DNA from: Psammoneis japonica
Lineage: Eukaryota
Length of the DNA stretch: 64,000 nucleotides
Reading direction: 5' to 3'
Assembly: GCA_008632985.1 (NCBI GenBank)
Contig: QPGO01000080.1
Coordinates: forward strand, 186,001 to 250,000
The translations under genes and the position numbers were made by a program. Within the stretch, counting starts at the first letter, position 1. Each line of letters starts with the position of its first letter. Shown here piece after piece: positions 12,001 through 24,900 of this stretch. The notes beneath the pieces were generated by a model. That model saw only the letters and a list, made by a program, of their open reading frames with translations, searched no databases and had not been told where the DNA came from.

Positions 12001-15000
12001 TTTCCGGCCACCAAACATCCCGTCCGGATGAATTGCATCAAACCGCCACCGACATCTTGCACAGCAAAGTCACCTGGCCCACCCGCGCCTTCGACTAGCT
12101 CAAGATTAACGCCGAACAAATCATCCCAGAGCTCCGTGCCTAAGGTGAATTCTCCGTTGTACACAAGTTCTGAGCAATTAACATTTGTAGATGGGGTAGG
12201 GGATGCTATTGGAGGAAGGGTAGCTTGAACTGGAGACAACGTTGGGCTCCTTGTGTAACCTTTTCTTTTCATCACAAAATTGTCGAACAATAAATCAAAA
12301 TCAGAACTATAGTCTCGAATCACAATTTGCACCTTCCCCGGGTTGATCACGTTGGATGGCACTGAACAGAACGTAAATTTGTAAGCTGGAAATGTTCAAA
12401 GACCTTTGACACATAGCACAAAAATTGAAACTGACCTGTAAACGGAATGCTGAATTTGTTGAACGCATTCGGGTCCCATGTTGAAGCGTATGGTGTATTC
12501 CAAAACCTTCTACTCCACACATGATTGGAGAGATCGTCAGAATTCCAAATCCAAATCCTTACGGACGGGCACGCCCCATTATTTGCCAGATTCTGTGAGA
12601 CATCACAGTTGGCAGTGACATTCGACCCAGCGTAAAGGAGCTTCAAGTCTACTTCGATTTCCCAGTCAGTCCCTCCTTCCAAGCATCTAACAGTGAGGAA
12701 AACGATGGTTCAATGGTGTGGTGAGCACCAATGTTAGGAAAAGAAAAACTTTAGAGATGCGACGAGAGCAATAAAAAGAGCAAGAGTCGCACCTATAGTC
12801 AAGAAGATGTTTCGAAAACTGTGGTCCATTACTTCCGCCAGTCCTGTCAGTGTACCGAAGCACCCGCGAACCATGTTCACCATAATGCTGAAGGGAGCCC
12901 CTGATGTATGGCTCCCAATATCCCACGTGCCCAAGCTCCATGTCAGAGTTAGCGGTGAGTTCGCCGTCGCACTGTGCCACTTTCTCTGATATAGACACGT
13001 CGTCAACAATTATGGTGGTGTTCGAGAACAGGTTAACATTGATTCGAAGGACACTGCTAGGGTCCGCGTCGACTTCTGTTGCATTAAAGGTTCCATACAT
13101 ACGACTCCATCCATCGGTCCACTGCAACCCGGCAGCCCACGCAACTGTTTTAGTTGTCGAGGTTGATCCCTGTGTCTCCAAACTCATTGTTGGACTACCG
13201 GTATGGAAAACATAGCAAAACAGGAGAAAAGAGTCAGATAAGCGCGAACACAGCGCATTCAAGACAAGAGGAAGAATAAGCCTACCATTGTGTGTCAGTA
13301 TCCTCGGCGCAATCAAACTCTTCGCCCGAGATGTTGTCCTTCAGCTTGTACTTGAAATGCACCTGAGAGTATCGGAAGCAAGCACCAACGGGATTAACAA
13401 AGCGATTGAATTCGGGGACAAATGTTGCCGCAAAGATGGACGATAACGGTTTTTGCCTTACCTCGTAAAGCTTTCCGGCCACCAAACATCCCGTCCGGAT
13501 GAATTGCATCAAACCGCCACCGACATCTTGCACAGCAAAGTCACCTGGCCCACCCGCGCCTTCGACTAGCTCAAGATTAACGCCGAACAAATCATCCCAG
13601 AGCTCCGTGCCTAAGGTGAATTCTCCGTTGTACACAAGTTCTGAGCAATTAACATTTGTAGATGGGGTAGGGGATGCTATTGGAGGAAGGGTAGCTTGAA
13701 CTGGAGACAACGTTGGGCTCCTTGTGTAACCTTTTCTTTTCATCACAAAATTGTCGAACAATAAATCAAAATCAGAACTATAGTCTCGAATCACAATTTG
13801 CACCTTCCCCGGGTTGATCACGTTGGATGGCACTGAACAGAACGTAAATTTGTAAGCTGGAAATGTTAAAAGACCTTTGACACATAGTACAAAAATTGAA
13901 ACTGACCTGTAAACGGAATGCTGAATTTGTTGAACGCATTCGGGTCCCATGTTGAAGCGTATGGTGTATTCCAAAACCTTCTACTCCACACATGATTGGA
14001 GAGATCGTCAGAATTCCAAATCCAAATCCTTACGGACGGGCACGCCCCATTATTTGCCAGATTCTGCGAGACATCACAGTTGGCAGTGACATTCGACCCA
14101 GCGTAAAGGAGCTTCAAGTCTACTTCGATTTCCCAGTCAGTCCCTCCTTCCAAGCACCTAGTAGTGAGGAAAACGGTGGTTCAATGGTGTGGTGAGCACC
14201 AATGTTAAGAAAAGAAAAACTTTAGAGATGAGACGAGAGCGAAAGGAGCAAGAGTCGCACCTATAGTCAAGAAGATGTTTCGAAAACTGTGGTCCATTAC
14301 TTCCGCCAGTCCTGTCAGTGTACCGAAGCACCCGCGAACCATGTTCACCATAATGCTGAAGGGAGCCCCTGATGTATGGCTCCCAATATCCCACGTGCCC
14401 AAGCTCCATGTCAGAGTTAGCGGTGAGTTCGCCGTCGCACTGTGCCACTTTCTCTGAAATAGACACGTCGTCGACAATTATTGTGGTGTTCGAGAACTGG
14501 TTCATGTAGATTCGAAGCACGCTGGTCTGGTCTGCGTCGACTTCTGTTGCGTTAAAGGTTCCATACATGCGACTCCATCCATCGGCCCACTGCAACCCGG
14601 CAGCCCACGCAACCGTTTTAGTTGTCGAGGTTGATCCCTGTGTCTCCAAACTCATTGTTGGACTATGGGAAACATCACAAAACAGGAGAAAAGAGTCAGA
14701 TAAGCGCGAACACAGCGCATTCAAGACAAGAGGAAGAATAAGCCTACCATTGTGTGTCAGTGTCCTCGGCGCAATCAAACTCTTCGCCCGAGATGTTGTC
14801 CTTCAGCTTGTACTTCAAATGCACCTGACAGTAACATAGAAGGTAACACAGCGAATCAACTATCTCCTTGAAAAGACATCTTGATCATACACACACGATA
14901 CAGTGCTGCCTTACCTCGTAAAGCTTTCCGGCTACCAAACAGCCATTTGTCTCGATGAACTGCACAAGCCCCCCACCAACGTCTTGCACAGCAAAGTCTC

Positions 15001-15289
15001 CTGGCCCACCTGCCCCAGGTACTAATTCGAGGTCAACACCAAATAAATCTCCCCAGTTGTCGGTGCCAGATGTGAAATCACCATTGTGAACAAGTTCCGA
15101 GCAATCTAGCCGTCTCCCAGCACGGCGGTCGTTAGACTGAAAGGGGAGCTCTTGTTCTTGAACTGGCGCCAGCTGAAGAACCCAACGTGGGTCTTCATCG
15201 TCCCTGGACGCTCTCAGGTTCCCCGCTTGTTGCGTTTCCGCACTGCTTCCAACAGCGAGGAGGAGGGCAAGATTGAACACCTGCCACAT
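4341..15289 (-). CDS. Multi-exon gene for a very large secreted protein (roughly 3,000 aa, estimate): signal peptide, RxL-type propeptide, tandem CBM_4_9-like repeats, Pro/Ser/Thr linkers, DUF1800 region, C-terminal DUF1501 region
   Basis: The N-terminus is MWQVFNLALLLAVGSSA...RRAGRRL. ORF pieces join through GT-AG introns of ~70-95 nt; I traced 14825-14914, 8851-8929, 6183-6259 and 6021-6112, and the last two restore the frame FFR|SEYVPEGRVSKAQLVSPEAQLLD|MPKT. DUF1800-like motifs: DQLRQRMAWALSQ, DENFAREIMQLFTTGL, HDNTAPF, LREPLIR, SPSVFSFF. DUF1501-like motifs: LAGGCDSFNML, LFAHN, GWDHH, SEFGRTL, GTDHA. Stop TGA at 4341-4343. TpA and CpG usage is normal. Not every exon boundary was traced. 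Confidence 0.88.
6260..8850 (-). CDS. Large internal exon carrying the DUF1800 core with Cys-rich insertions
   Basis: ORF 6109..8862 trimmed to the acceptor at 8851-8852 and the donor at 6258-6259; DUF1800-like motifs present. Confidence 0.85.
10790..15100 (-). repeat. Three tandem intragenic repeat units including introns, encoding CBM_4_9/galactose-binding-like domains
   Basis: Anchor GTAACCTTTTCTTTTCATCAC occurs at 10793, 12255 and 13726 (spacing 1462 and 1471). Repeated peptides ELVYNGEFTLGTELW, ELTANSDMELGHVGYW and DLLFDNFVM resemble the L..N..FE.G...W / D.v pattern of CBM_4_9. Confidence 0.9.
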
Positions 15290-16499
15290 GGCTAAAGTGT
15301 GCTACCTGTTTGATTCCTTTGAGAACAATGACAACAGATTCGACCTGATAAGTCGTTCTTCTCGTTTCCTCTCGCTGTGTTTTCACGTCGCACGTCGGAG
15401 GTTCGAGTGGGTGCGGGTTTTGGTCTCCTCTTTTAGAGTGAAACTCGCTCTCGATTCTCGATTCTCGATCGATAGCATGCTGCAGGACATGCATGGTCGA
15501 TCGTGCCAAAGCAATGCCTGGTAGGCTATCACTGTCTGTTGTTCATTGAGCACATTAAGTCATTTTTTTCTGTCCGATTTTTGTCTAACTTAATCGCATG
15601 TCCTGTACTGTAGGGCCCTATGAGTGCCGTGCTGAGTAGTGTGTTATTTGCGGGAGTCATTCTAAGACACAATCTGGTTTATAACGAACCGGACACCATG
15701 CATTTCCAAAAGAAGAACTGACATTTTTTTTCCTTAATCACATTTTTTGAAAGGACATTATTTGAGGTGAAATCCACATGGGAAAAATCTGCCCAGCGTC
15801 GGTGTGACTCCATCAAGGATGGACACATGTGCTGCGGTCTAATTGATGACAGCTGGCTCACTGCTGCAGCACGTGAGTCAGGGGTCATTGCAGCCGCAGG
15901 CCTGGCATGTTGACATCACATGCAGTTTTGGCACCACAACACTGCACACAAACGCCACCTTGCGGGATGTCATCACTCTCCAAGATCTGTTGGCACATCG
16001 AGCCCAAGGTTTTTTTTTGTGGGTGACGACAAATGCACAACGACTCTGATGGCAACAAGTCAGTTCACTCTCAACGGCACATCACGGAACTGCCATGTGC
16101 TCTTCTTTTCATTGAAGCGCGCAACTTTTTTGGTTGAAAACAGTGCAAGACATCTTGTCATCAGCTTGCAAACATGGAGGGCCGTTTGAGGAGCCGCTCC
16201 CTGTCAGCGACTGGCACCACTTTCTAAGATGAGCCTGCTCCAGAACCCCAGATGACTGGCTTGGACACGTGTTTCATCACTGATGAATTTCCAAGAGGTG
16301 CTGACATGTTCCAGCTGCACGTGACCCAAGTCATGCACAAAAGCAACATTTGCGCAATTTTTGCGCGGTCGGTCTCTGAACTTGCAAACAATTTTTCACC
16401 ACCAAAAGCATGGACTTGTTCAAATTTGAATGTTTTGCAACACTGACAAGACTCACGTGAGTGTTGCAATGTCATTGTCATTGTGCCATCTGTGTTTTT

Positions 16500-18130
16500 C
16501 ATTGTGACAAATGAGTCGTGACACAATGGATGATTTTCGGTGAAATTGTTGCCGTCATTTGGGTGTCAAATTAAAAACAAGTTTTCCACAAGACCTTCTG
16601 GCAGGTGTTCCACCTGCAACAAAAAATCTGCATTCCCAATGTGCTGGGTCATGCAATCAGTGTTGAGTCCACAGAGGAAGTTTGTGATGCATGTCCCATG
16701 ATGAGGAATTGAATGCCAACGAAAAAATTGTTTGGACATGCATGCTCTAGACACACCTGCAAAAGCCCATCCGCCCAGGTGCTTTGTGCTCAAATGCTGC
16801 ATGCACAAGAGATGCAAAATTTGTGTTGGAAATGGGTTGTCATTTTGTGTGTCACCTGGGACTGGAACATGTCTGTTGTGCAACTTAGAGTCTTTCTCAC
16901 GCTGCTTCAGTCGGACAAGCCCGGTCCATCACATGACCTCCAGCCCAACAGCTTCCACAGCAGTTGGGAAACGCAGACAACCCAGCAACATCTGATCATT
17001 GGGTGCAATGCACAGACAGAGCAAAGGATGCTCTGACAAATGAAATGGTTTCTGGCCACACTTTGCCAAAATGTGAACATTGCATCTGCACCAGTGTGGT
17101 TCACTATCAGAAGTGAGGTGGGGCACAAACTCTCTCCATTCCACCTTGCTCCCAGACAACAATTGTGTGCTTGGTTCAACACACATGCTTTCTGCATTGT
17201 GGCAGATCCCAATTGTGACTCTCCTTTTGGATCACAGACAAGCAGCGATAGATTCAGCTGGCATTGCCTCCAAACATCAAGACAAAGATTGGGTCATTGG
17301 ACATTTTGCATGTTTGACCAATTGGAGCACATCTGAATCTCCCAATGCTCCCCTTGCTTGGATGGGTTGGAATGGACAGTCATGGCATGATGGACATGCC
17401 CCATGACAACGTGTTCCATGCAATCACTGGTGGCCAAAAGGTGACAGGAAGCAAGGGTGCACCTGACTTGGAATGGATTCTCTTCCAGTTTTGGATTTTC
17501 GGTGAAGGCTGCAATCACTCGTTCCTCAACAGTGAGATTTTTGGTGCATCAGATGCGTCATCATTGCCAATTCCATTGTCAACGTGTTTGACACTCTCAG
17601 GGTCAACGGTGGATGCAGGGTTCTTGCATGGGAAATCCAATCAAACTGCAACTCTCTTGAGGGTGAAGCGGATGATGGTTCCTCTGCCTTTGCCGTCATG
17701 GGTCCCTCCAATGAAGTTGACACATTCCCCAACCTTGAAACCATGGCAATTGCTTCCAAAAGTTGGTGCTTGGTGAATGTTCATGATGAGAAGAGCGGTG
17801 CAAAATGTTGATCAGAAAAGTTGTGAGAAGTGATTGTGAGTTGACTCCAGTTGGCTGCGCAGTGTTGTCATGCAGGCTCGCATGTGCAATGGGAATCGCC
17901 AACTCTTGCCAAATGAACAATGGCAACAGATTCCTTGCCACAGACATCCATGTCCACAAATTGCATGTCAATGGTTCTGCAAGCAGTGAAATTTCAAAAT
18001 TTCAAATGCACACAAACAGATGGTGATGCAAATGCCTCGCTTCTCAACCAAATTGCCAGGGTCAGCCAAAGAAGAGGATTCGCAACAGTTGACCATCACA
18101 ACAACCCCTTGCCAGTCATGGCCTTAATTG
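16500..18130 (+). pseudogene. Degenerate DNA-transposon coding relic, possibly Plavaka-like
   Basis: Fragments QSDKPG...QP, CIVADPNCD and MPHDNVFHAITGG loosely recall Plavaka motifs; strongly mutated; family assignment weak. Confidence 0.3.
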
Positions 18131-18149
18131 CACATTTGGCATGAGTGAG

Positions 18150-20890
18150 CAGTGCACCTTTCAAGGGCTGTCTCTGAACAAGACTTGTTGGGTGCCGTTG
18201 TGGAATGCCGCATTTGGCAATGGCTTTGTCAGTGTGTCGCTCATGTTGTCACTGGCCGGGATGTGGATGAAACGAACAATGTCAGCAGCACAAGCTTCCC
18301 TGATCTGGTGACAAGCAACAGTGTTGTGCTTTTTCTTCAGCATGCCACTTGGAACAGTTGTGTCAAGGACAACTGCCTTGTTGTTGCCCATCAATGTGGC
18401 TGGTCCCCACAGTGGTGCTCCATGCATCCACAAGTTGCACCTCCATTCAACAATTTGTTCAACCGCCACACGCACTGCTGCCAGTTCTGACCCATGCATT
18501 GACATCTCCACTGTCCTTTGTCATTTGCAGGTCAATTTCATGAACGTGTTGTTAGCATGCATGACGATGCCGGAAATGGATCGGTGCATGACCTTGTCAC
18601 AGCCGTGGTCAGCATCCACCCAAAAGGTCATGGATGCTGCCTTGCCCAACAGTTCAGGGGCTCCTGTTGGCAGTTCTTCTTTGGCGTCCGGGTGCATCTT
18701 CTTCCAGTCAGTGGTGTCCAGTGCTTCTATGTTGGGTGGTCCCTGATGAGTTGGGTTGACAACAGCTTGGCTGTCCTTTCCAAGGGTCCATGGAATGTCA
18801 TGCAAGGGTTGCAGTGGCATGGTGAATGTCCATGCACCCAAGAGCAATGGTCCAGTTGGCACTGCCGATCAAACTGCAGTGTCACAAAGCATCCTTGGGG
18901 ATGAAGAGTTTGGCATTGTCCACTTCCGGATGGCACAATTCACACATTGGGGTCTTCTGAAGTTGCAAGGCAGTGTTGAGCATGCCTTTGACTTTGGACA
19001 CTGCATTCTCAACACATGTCTTGGCTGACAGTGCTGTGTTCACTCCGTTGTTCTTCCATGTGTCACTCGGGTTGATGACATCCCCCCCAAGTGATGTTCC
19101 AGGGCTCCAACGCCTTTGACGGTACAGTGCTTGCACAACTTGTCAATGACAGCCATGGGGCACTTGGAAAAGACAGCAATGTTGTCAACAAACATGGCAA
19201 TGTATTCACAATGGTCCCCAGTGCATTTAATCCAGAAATCTGTGTTGGGTTTGGACAGGTGGAAGCCAAGCTTGCAAAGAAGTGTGGACAGGTTTTCATG
19301 GAAGCAGGCTCCATGGCATTTCTCTGGCAGAGGTCAAATTTGACTGCAAACACGATGTGGCGTGGGATCCACTTGCAGCCTTCAGGCAGGGGTTTGCCAT
19401 GTTCCCATGGTTTGAAGGTGCCAAACTTGTTGTCTGCTGAAGTTCCGTGTCAATGGCATCTTGCCACAGTGTGTTCCCATTGAGCTTGTCCAGGCACAGA
19501 GCATGTTTGATGGAAGAAGGCACTTTGACGTCAAACTGCACCATGCATTTTGTTTTGGTGGCCTCAAAAGCTTTGGCAACAAGAGATTTGCGGTCCGAGT
19601 CAATGGGGTGCAATTTGGTCCTTGCCCAACAGTCACGGTTATCCAGGTGTTGGGATCAAGTGCAGTCAACAAGGAGCCAAGGATTGTCATTGCGTGTGTT
19701 GTCCAGACACATCTGTGCAATGTCGCCACCAAGCCACAGCACCTCAACCTTGACCTGGTGCGCTCCCCTGAAGCTTGGTTGGTGACAGAATGGTGTCACA
19801 GAGCATCAGTGTCACCTTCCACATCTTGTTGTCAGTGTCTGGGTCAAGCTCGGCCATGGTCTTGTCAATCCGTTGAAGTTGGATGAGTTGTTGTTGTTGT
19901 TCCACATCAGTCAGGCTGGACCACTTGCAGTCTGGTGGTGAGTTGATGAGGGTGCCATTCATGCCAGGGATGTGTTGGTCAATCTGTCTGGCTTCTTGGT
20001 GTGAGTTGAACAGTGTGGAGATGCCCAGAGACACAAGCTGGGCAAGAATCACAGTGGGGAGTGTCATGGCCATCGTGCCTTTGGTGACATTCGTGCATTG
20101 GGAGGGTCTCTTGGTGCATTGACCAGACTTTGTGCATTGGGCAGATGCCAGCTCCGGGGCCCAAGTGTCCGAAATGGTGGGGGCTATCTCCATGCTGGAA
20201 TTGTTGGTTGGTGCAGGGGCGGCTTCAGGTGTCTGAGGCAGTTGGTTGATTCCCACAGTGTTGTCATGAGTTGGCTGTGGCAGCATCCCTCTAGAATCTG
20301 TTTCCTGGTCTGTTGGGCTCCCCTGAGGTGGTGCTGTGGCAGGAGAGCTCCCCTGTCCCTGCTGGTCAGGCAATGTCTGTTGTGGTCTCTGCCTCTTGCA
20401 TCATTTCTGTTTCTTCTTCCATGAGCGATGGGTGTGGGGCAGTGTGATCCAGTTTCTCAATGGGGGTGTGCTTGTTGCTGTGCCACAGCTTGGGCATCCA
20501 CACCATCCATGCACACATCAGGGTTGAAGGGATCAGACAAGGGACCATGGTCACCAGCCAGCTCTGGGTCAAGGGCTGGGTCGTAAGATGTGTGGAGGTT
20601 GGCATGCCTGGCAGGGTTGCACGGACGTGCGCTGCAGATTGAGACATGATCTCCTTCGTGTCATGATGAGCATCTTGTCAGTGAGAGCATCCCCAACATT
20701 GTGTTCGATGCCCAGCCAACAACCTGGCAGTTCTCTGCTGTGTGGGAATGGCAGGGTGACACCCAGATGTGGGATTTGCTGACAGAAGTGGAGGTCCATG
20801 TTTGTGAGGTTGTTGCCTTGACTCAATGCATCTCAGTGATGTGGTCCAACACACAAGTCATCCACACAAGTGACATGAGCCAGGGGCAGC
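18150..20890 (-). mobile_element. Old copia pol relic (integrase 3' part, RT, RNase H), truncated at its 5' side by another insertion
   Basis: HGSELAAVRVAVEQIVEWR...LKKKHNTVACHQIREACAA...NMSDTLTKPL (RNase H); WVDADHGCDKVMHRSISG; ALCLDKLNGNTLWQDAI; CWLGIEHNVGDALT. Confidence 0.85.
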
Positions 20891-20897
20891 TTTCCGC

Positions 20898-21915
20898 CCC
20901 AGCTCTGTGATGCCACGTGCAAAAATTAACCCCCGCTTTAACCAAATGCCCACTTCAATCAACTGACAGTGCACAGATGCAAAGTTCAGCACAGTTTTGG
21001 GGGCCTGGAATGGGGGTGAACATCAGTTGCCAACCAATTGCTGAAGATTGTCCCTCCTGCTTTCATGTGTGATGAGTTGCTCCACAAAAGGTTGGCTCCA
21101 TTTTCAAACACCCAACACCATGAACAATGCACACCTGTCACATTCTTGCAAGACATGCATTTAAAGAGTGTGACACCAATGATGCTCACATCTTGTGCAT
21201 TTTGTGGCTCTAGCAGGGATCAAAAGTCTAGCTAAAACTTCCCAAAAGTTTGAGTTGAGTGGGTCACACTGGGTTCAAGACTTGTGACTCGGAGTGTGAA
21301 GGGCAAGAATTGGCCCTTTCTCAAAACCAAGATGGACAACAACATCATCACAAACCAATTTTATGGCAACATTCTACATGCTTTCCAATTTGTTTTGACC
21401 ATGTGACAACTGCTGCATTCAACCTCTTTCATGATGTGAGTGGCAAAGCAATCCACAAATGCTCAATTGCAAGCCACACTTTTCTGTTTTCAGATTTGAC
21501 ATTTGTGTCTTTGCAATCAATCTAGAGTAGATGCGAGCCAGGGAGGAGCTCTGTTCACTGCTGTTTGTTGTTCCATGGAGTGACAGTTTCAGAGTGATTT
21601 TGTCAACATTGTTTGACTGTTTTCACTGCACTGTGCACCAACTTCATTCTGCATTTTCACTCAAGTCTGCCCAACTCTCTCCCATTCAAGAATGCTTGGC
21701 TGAATGCAATGCATTTGCTTTGTCAAAATCTTGAACAAATGTTCATCTGGTCAATGCCATTGCTCAAATGGGTTTGACGATGTGACAACGATGTTGGATT
21801 CGTTGACGTGCTCATGCCAGAAAAGACAATGAGAGGTGGCTGCAGCGGCAAGAAATTTGAGTGGGACGAACAAGTGGTGAGCCTTGCACATGGTGTTGAT
21901 GACTCATTTTTGATT
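20898..21915 (+). repeat. ~1-kb non-coding interspersed repeat, mutated copy; inverted homologue of 58272-59287
   Basis: CCCAGCTCTGTGATGCCACGTGCAAAAATTAACCCCCG... aligns by eye with the reverse complement of 59287 downward (CCCAGCTTCGTGGTGCCACGTGTAAAAATTAACCCCCCG...); the alignment also holds at the other end (CAAGTGGTGAGCCT...CATTTTTGATT). Confidence 0.8.
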
Positions 21916-24900
21916 AAAAAAAAAACAAACCTGATTTAAAGTGCCACTGCACCTTTGCCCAGCCATTCCAGCACACCAGCTGACCCACACCTCCGGTGCA
22001 CCCTGCATGGGATGCGGCAAAAGCAAATGCAGTTGGTCTGAATTGGCGTCTCCTTGAGGAGACGCCCAATGAAAGCAACTGGTGATGGTGCGTGTGCCAC
22101 AAAGCATGAACTTCTTAGCCTCTTTCAGACTTTCTTGGAGTCTGGGCCGGACCACTGAGATCCAATTTTGTGTGCACATGGTTGAGAAGGCTTGGTGCTC
22201 TTCTGCCGAGTCGAGTGGCACTCCTTGGTCTTTTGCCAAATAACACTGGTGTTTGTTGCACATTCCTGTCAGCTTGGCTTCAACATGGCATCTTTGCAAG
22301 GCCTTCCTTGATTCTGTGTCATGTCCGTGTGTGCACAGAGGTTGTGCTCTTCCCACAGAATCCACCATTGAGTCCATGTGAATGATCCAATCTGTGCTGT
22401 CCAATCTGGAGGCTGTTTTTGCTCTTCTTGGCACTTGCCAAGGATGTCCAAGTTGTGCAAATGCCTGGACTGGAGCACATTCTAAAGCACAGAACAATGC
22501 CCACTGAACACTTGTTGTCATCCCATGTCTGATTGAGTGTGCCACAGGGCTCTGCAACAACAATCCAAATCTTGGGGATGCACCATCTTGTTGTCAATAA
22601 AAATTTGCAGAGTGTTGGCACAGTGTCAATCTGATTGCAGCAACACTGTAAACCTTGGAGGAACTTTCTCCGCCAGAGCTCACGGTGTGGACAACATAAG
22701 ATGTGATCTCTGTCTTCCATTGGATGCTCACAGCACAAGCAATGGTGAGGTCGAACGGGATTGCATCTGTTGACCATCTTGTTGGTGGGCAGGAGATTGT
22801 GCACAAGCTTCACTGTTCCAACGTGTCTCTTGGAATGCCTTTTTGTCAGTGTGGTGTGAGCATCCCAGTCAATCAGATTGATCACATCCGGGTGCCACTG
22901 TCTGCACTTGATGATGTGCTCCAAGAGCTGTGGGGCGGTGGCTGCGCACCTCATGTGGCGTTTGTAACCTGAAGTCAAAGTGCCATCCTGCAGACTTAAA
23001 TGAGAATGACAGCAAGGAAAAGGTGTGACCTTGGAAGTGTCCCATGAGTGTTGACCTTGGCAATCACCTGCAAGGTGATCAGCTCAAATGTTCACTCTGT
23101 CATTGATCAGAAGAGCATGAACTTGGGAGTGTCTGTCTTGGTGTCCTTGCACCCACTTGATTTGAGGGGGAGACAACAAGGTGCTGGACGTGCAGGATTC
23201 TTCCATTCCCATGCTGGCATGTGAGATCTTGTTTGTCACATCCCAATTAGAAGCAAGGGCATTGGCTCCATGATGTCAAATGTGAAAGTCTCTGCCATCA
23301 TCAGACTGGTTCCCAAGGAGCGGAGCTGGAAGGGCACAAGTGAGATGTTCCAGACAAGTCACCATGGCTTTGTTGTTGCAATGCACACCCATCTCTGGGA
23401 ACTCTTTTAAGCAGTGGCATTTCACAAACTGGCACATGAAGTGGAAAATGGAGAGAATCCCACGGGCTTCGGCATGGCACCACGATGGTTGTCTTCCAAA
23501 TGCTGGTCCCACACAATCTGCTGACGGTGCTCCTGCAAGAGTTGTCATCCAACCAAAGGTGGCTCTATCATTCACTGAGCCATCACTTCCTGCAGTCAAT
23601 TGCAAAGACAAAAAATGTTGAAACAGCATGTGGGGAGACACGTGGAATGTCAGATTGGTGATCCCCCATTGAGGCAAAGTTTGCAGCATTTCTTGGAATG
23701 TTTCTGGAGGCAAGGAAGATGAAGCAACAGGCAACAAAGTCCATGGGAGATCAAACGTCCATCTGCCATCCTCTGTCATAGAAAGGTCCACTGGGAATGA
23801 CTTGTCTGATGGAGCCTGTGTGGTTTTGATTTCTTGGAGAGAATTGGTTCTGGTGCTGTCAACTTGAAAAATGTTAAATCCTTGAGGAGACCAAATGCAA
23901 AGACAATCCTCTGAGGGGGAAAAATGTGCTGATGCCTGCATTTGCATCTGGGATGGAGGAGGTGCCAACCAGTTGCCAAGGGTTTCATTCAGTTTGCATG
24001 ATGCTGGATGGCACAGAGAGATGCATGGTTTCTTCCATGCTGTCCAAGCTTGAGATCCTGGTTTGTGTTGCTCAATGTTGTTCAATGCACTGGTGCCACT
24101 CTGAAGTGATGGGTCTCCAGCTACTTTTGCAATGTCCAAGGTCAGACCATTGGGCAAAGCAATGTCAGACACCATCAGAACCTGCAGGCAAAGGCAGCAG
24201 CAATTGATCCATTTGATTTTGTGGTGAGAAAAACATTGAGATTGAAGGACGATGTCCACAATGTGCTGGTCTTTGTCTTGCTGAGGAGGAAGGGCTCCTG
24301 GGTGTGTCAAATGTACTTTGCCATGAATCCTGCACAAGAAAGATTGAACTGAAGCAAACCAACAGGATTCCATGTGCGGGAGGACCATGTTGACATCCCA
24401 CAAAAACCTCACTCCTGCACTCAAGTTCAATTGGATCCATGACACCACAATGTGCAAGAGTTTGTGTGGTTGATCTTCACCCAACCTGAGATGGGCAATG
24501 CCACAGGAATGCTTCAGTGGCAGCTGCAGCTAAGCCACACCTTGTTCCACATCTGATGATCAGAACCCTACACTGCCAAGGGATTGGGGACCAAAAAGAA
24601 TGAGATGTTTTGTGTTTCTGTTGTGCTCACATTTGCTGAACAGCTAAAAAATCCTTTTTTTGAAATGTCAAATTTGGGAGAACGCAAGACATTGATGGGA
24701 GGTAGCACACATGACAGTGCCACCATCTTTCTGTCCAATCAAGAGGACAAGACTGGAGAAAGAGAGCTGCCAAATCATTCTTGGTTTGGAGGATCTTTGG
24801 CTGGGTCTTTTGAGTGCCAACAGGAGCTGTGCAGCAGTGTCCCGGTGTTTTGTGTGGAGTGCATGCAGAAAGTTGTGTGCTGTGTTGGGAAGGGGACCTG

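Noticed and set aside
10790..15100. CRISPR array or transposon-derived repeat
   Set aside because: Units are ~1.46 kb, coding and intron-containing; there is no short repeat-spacer structure
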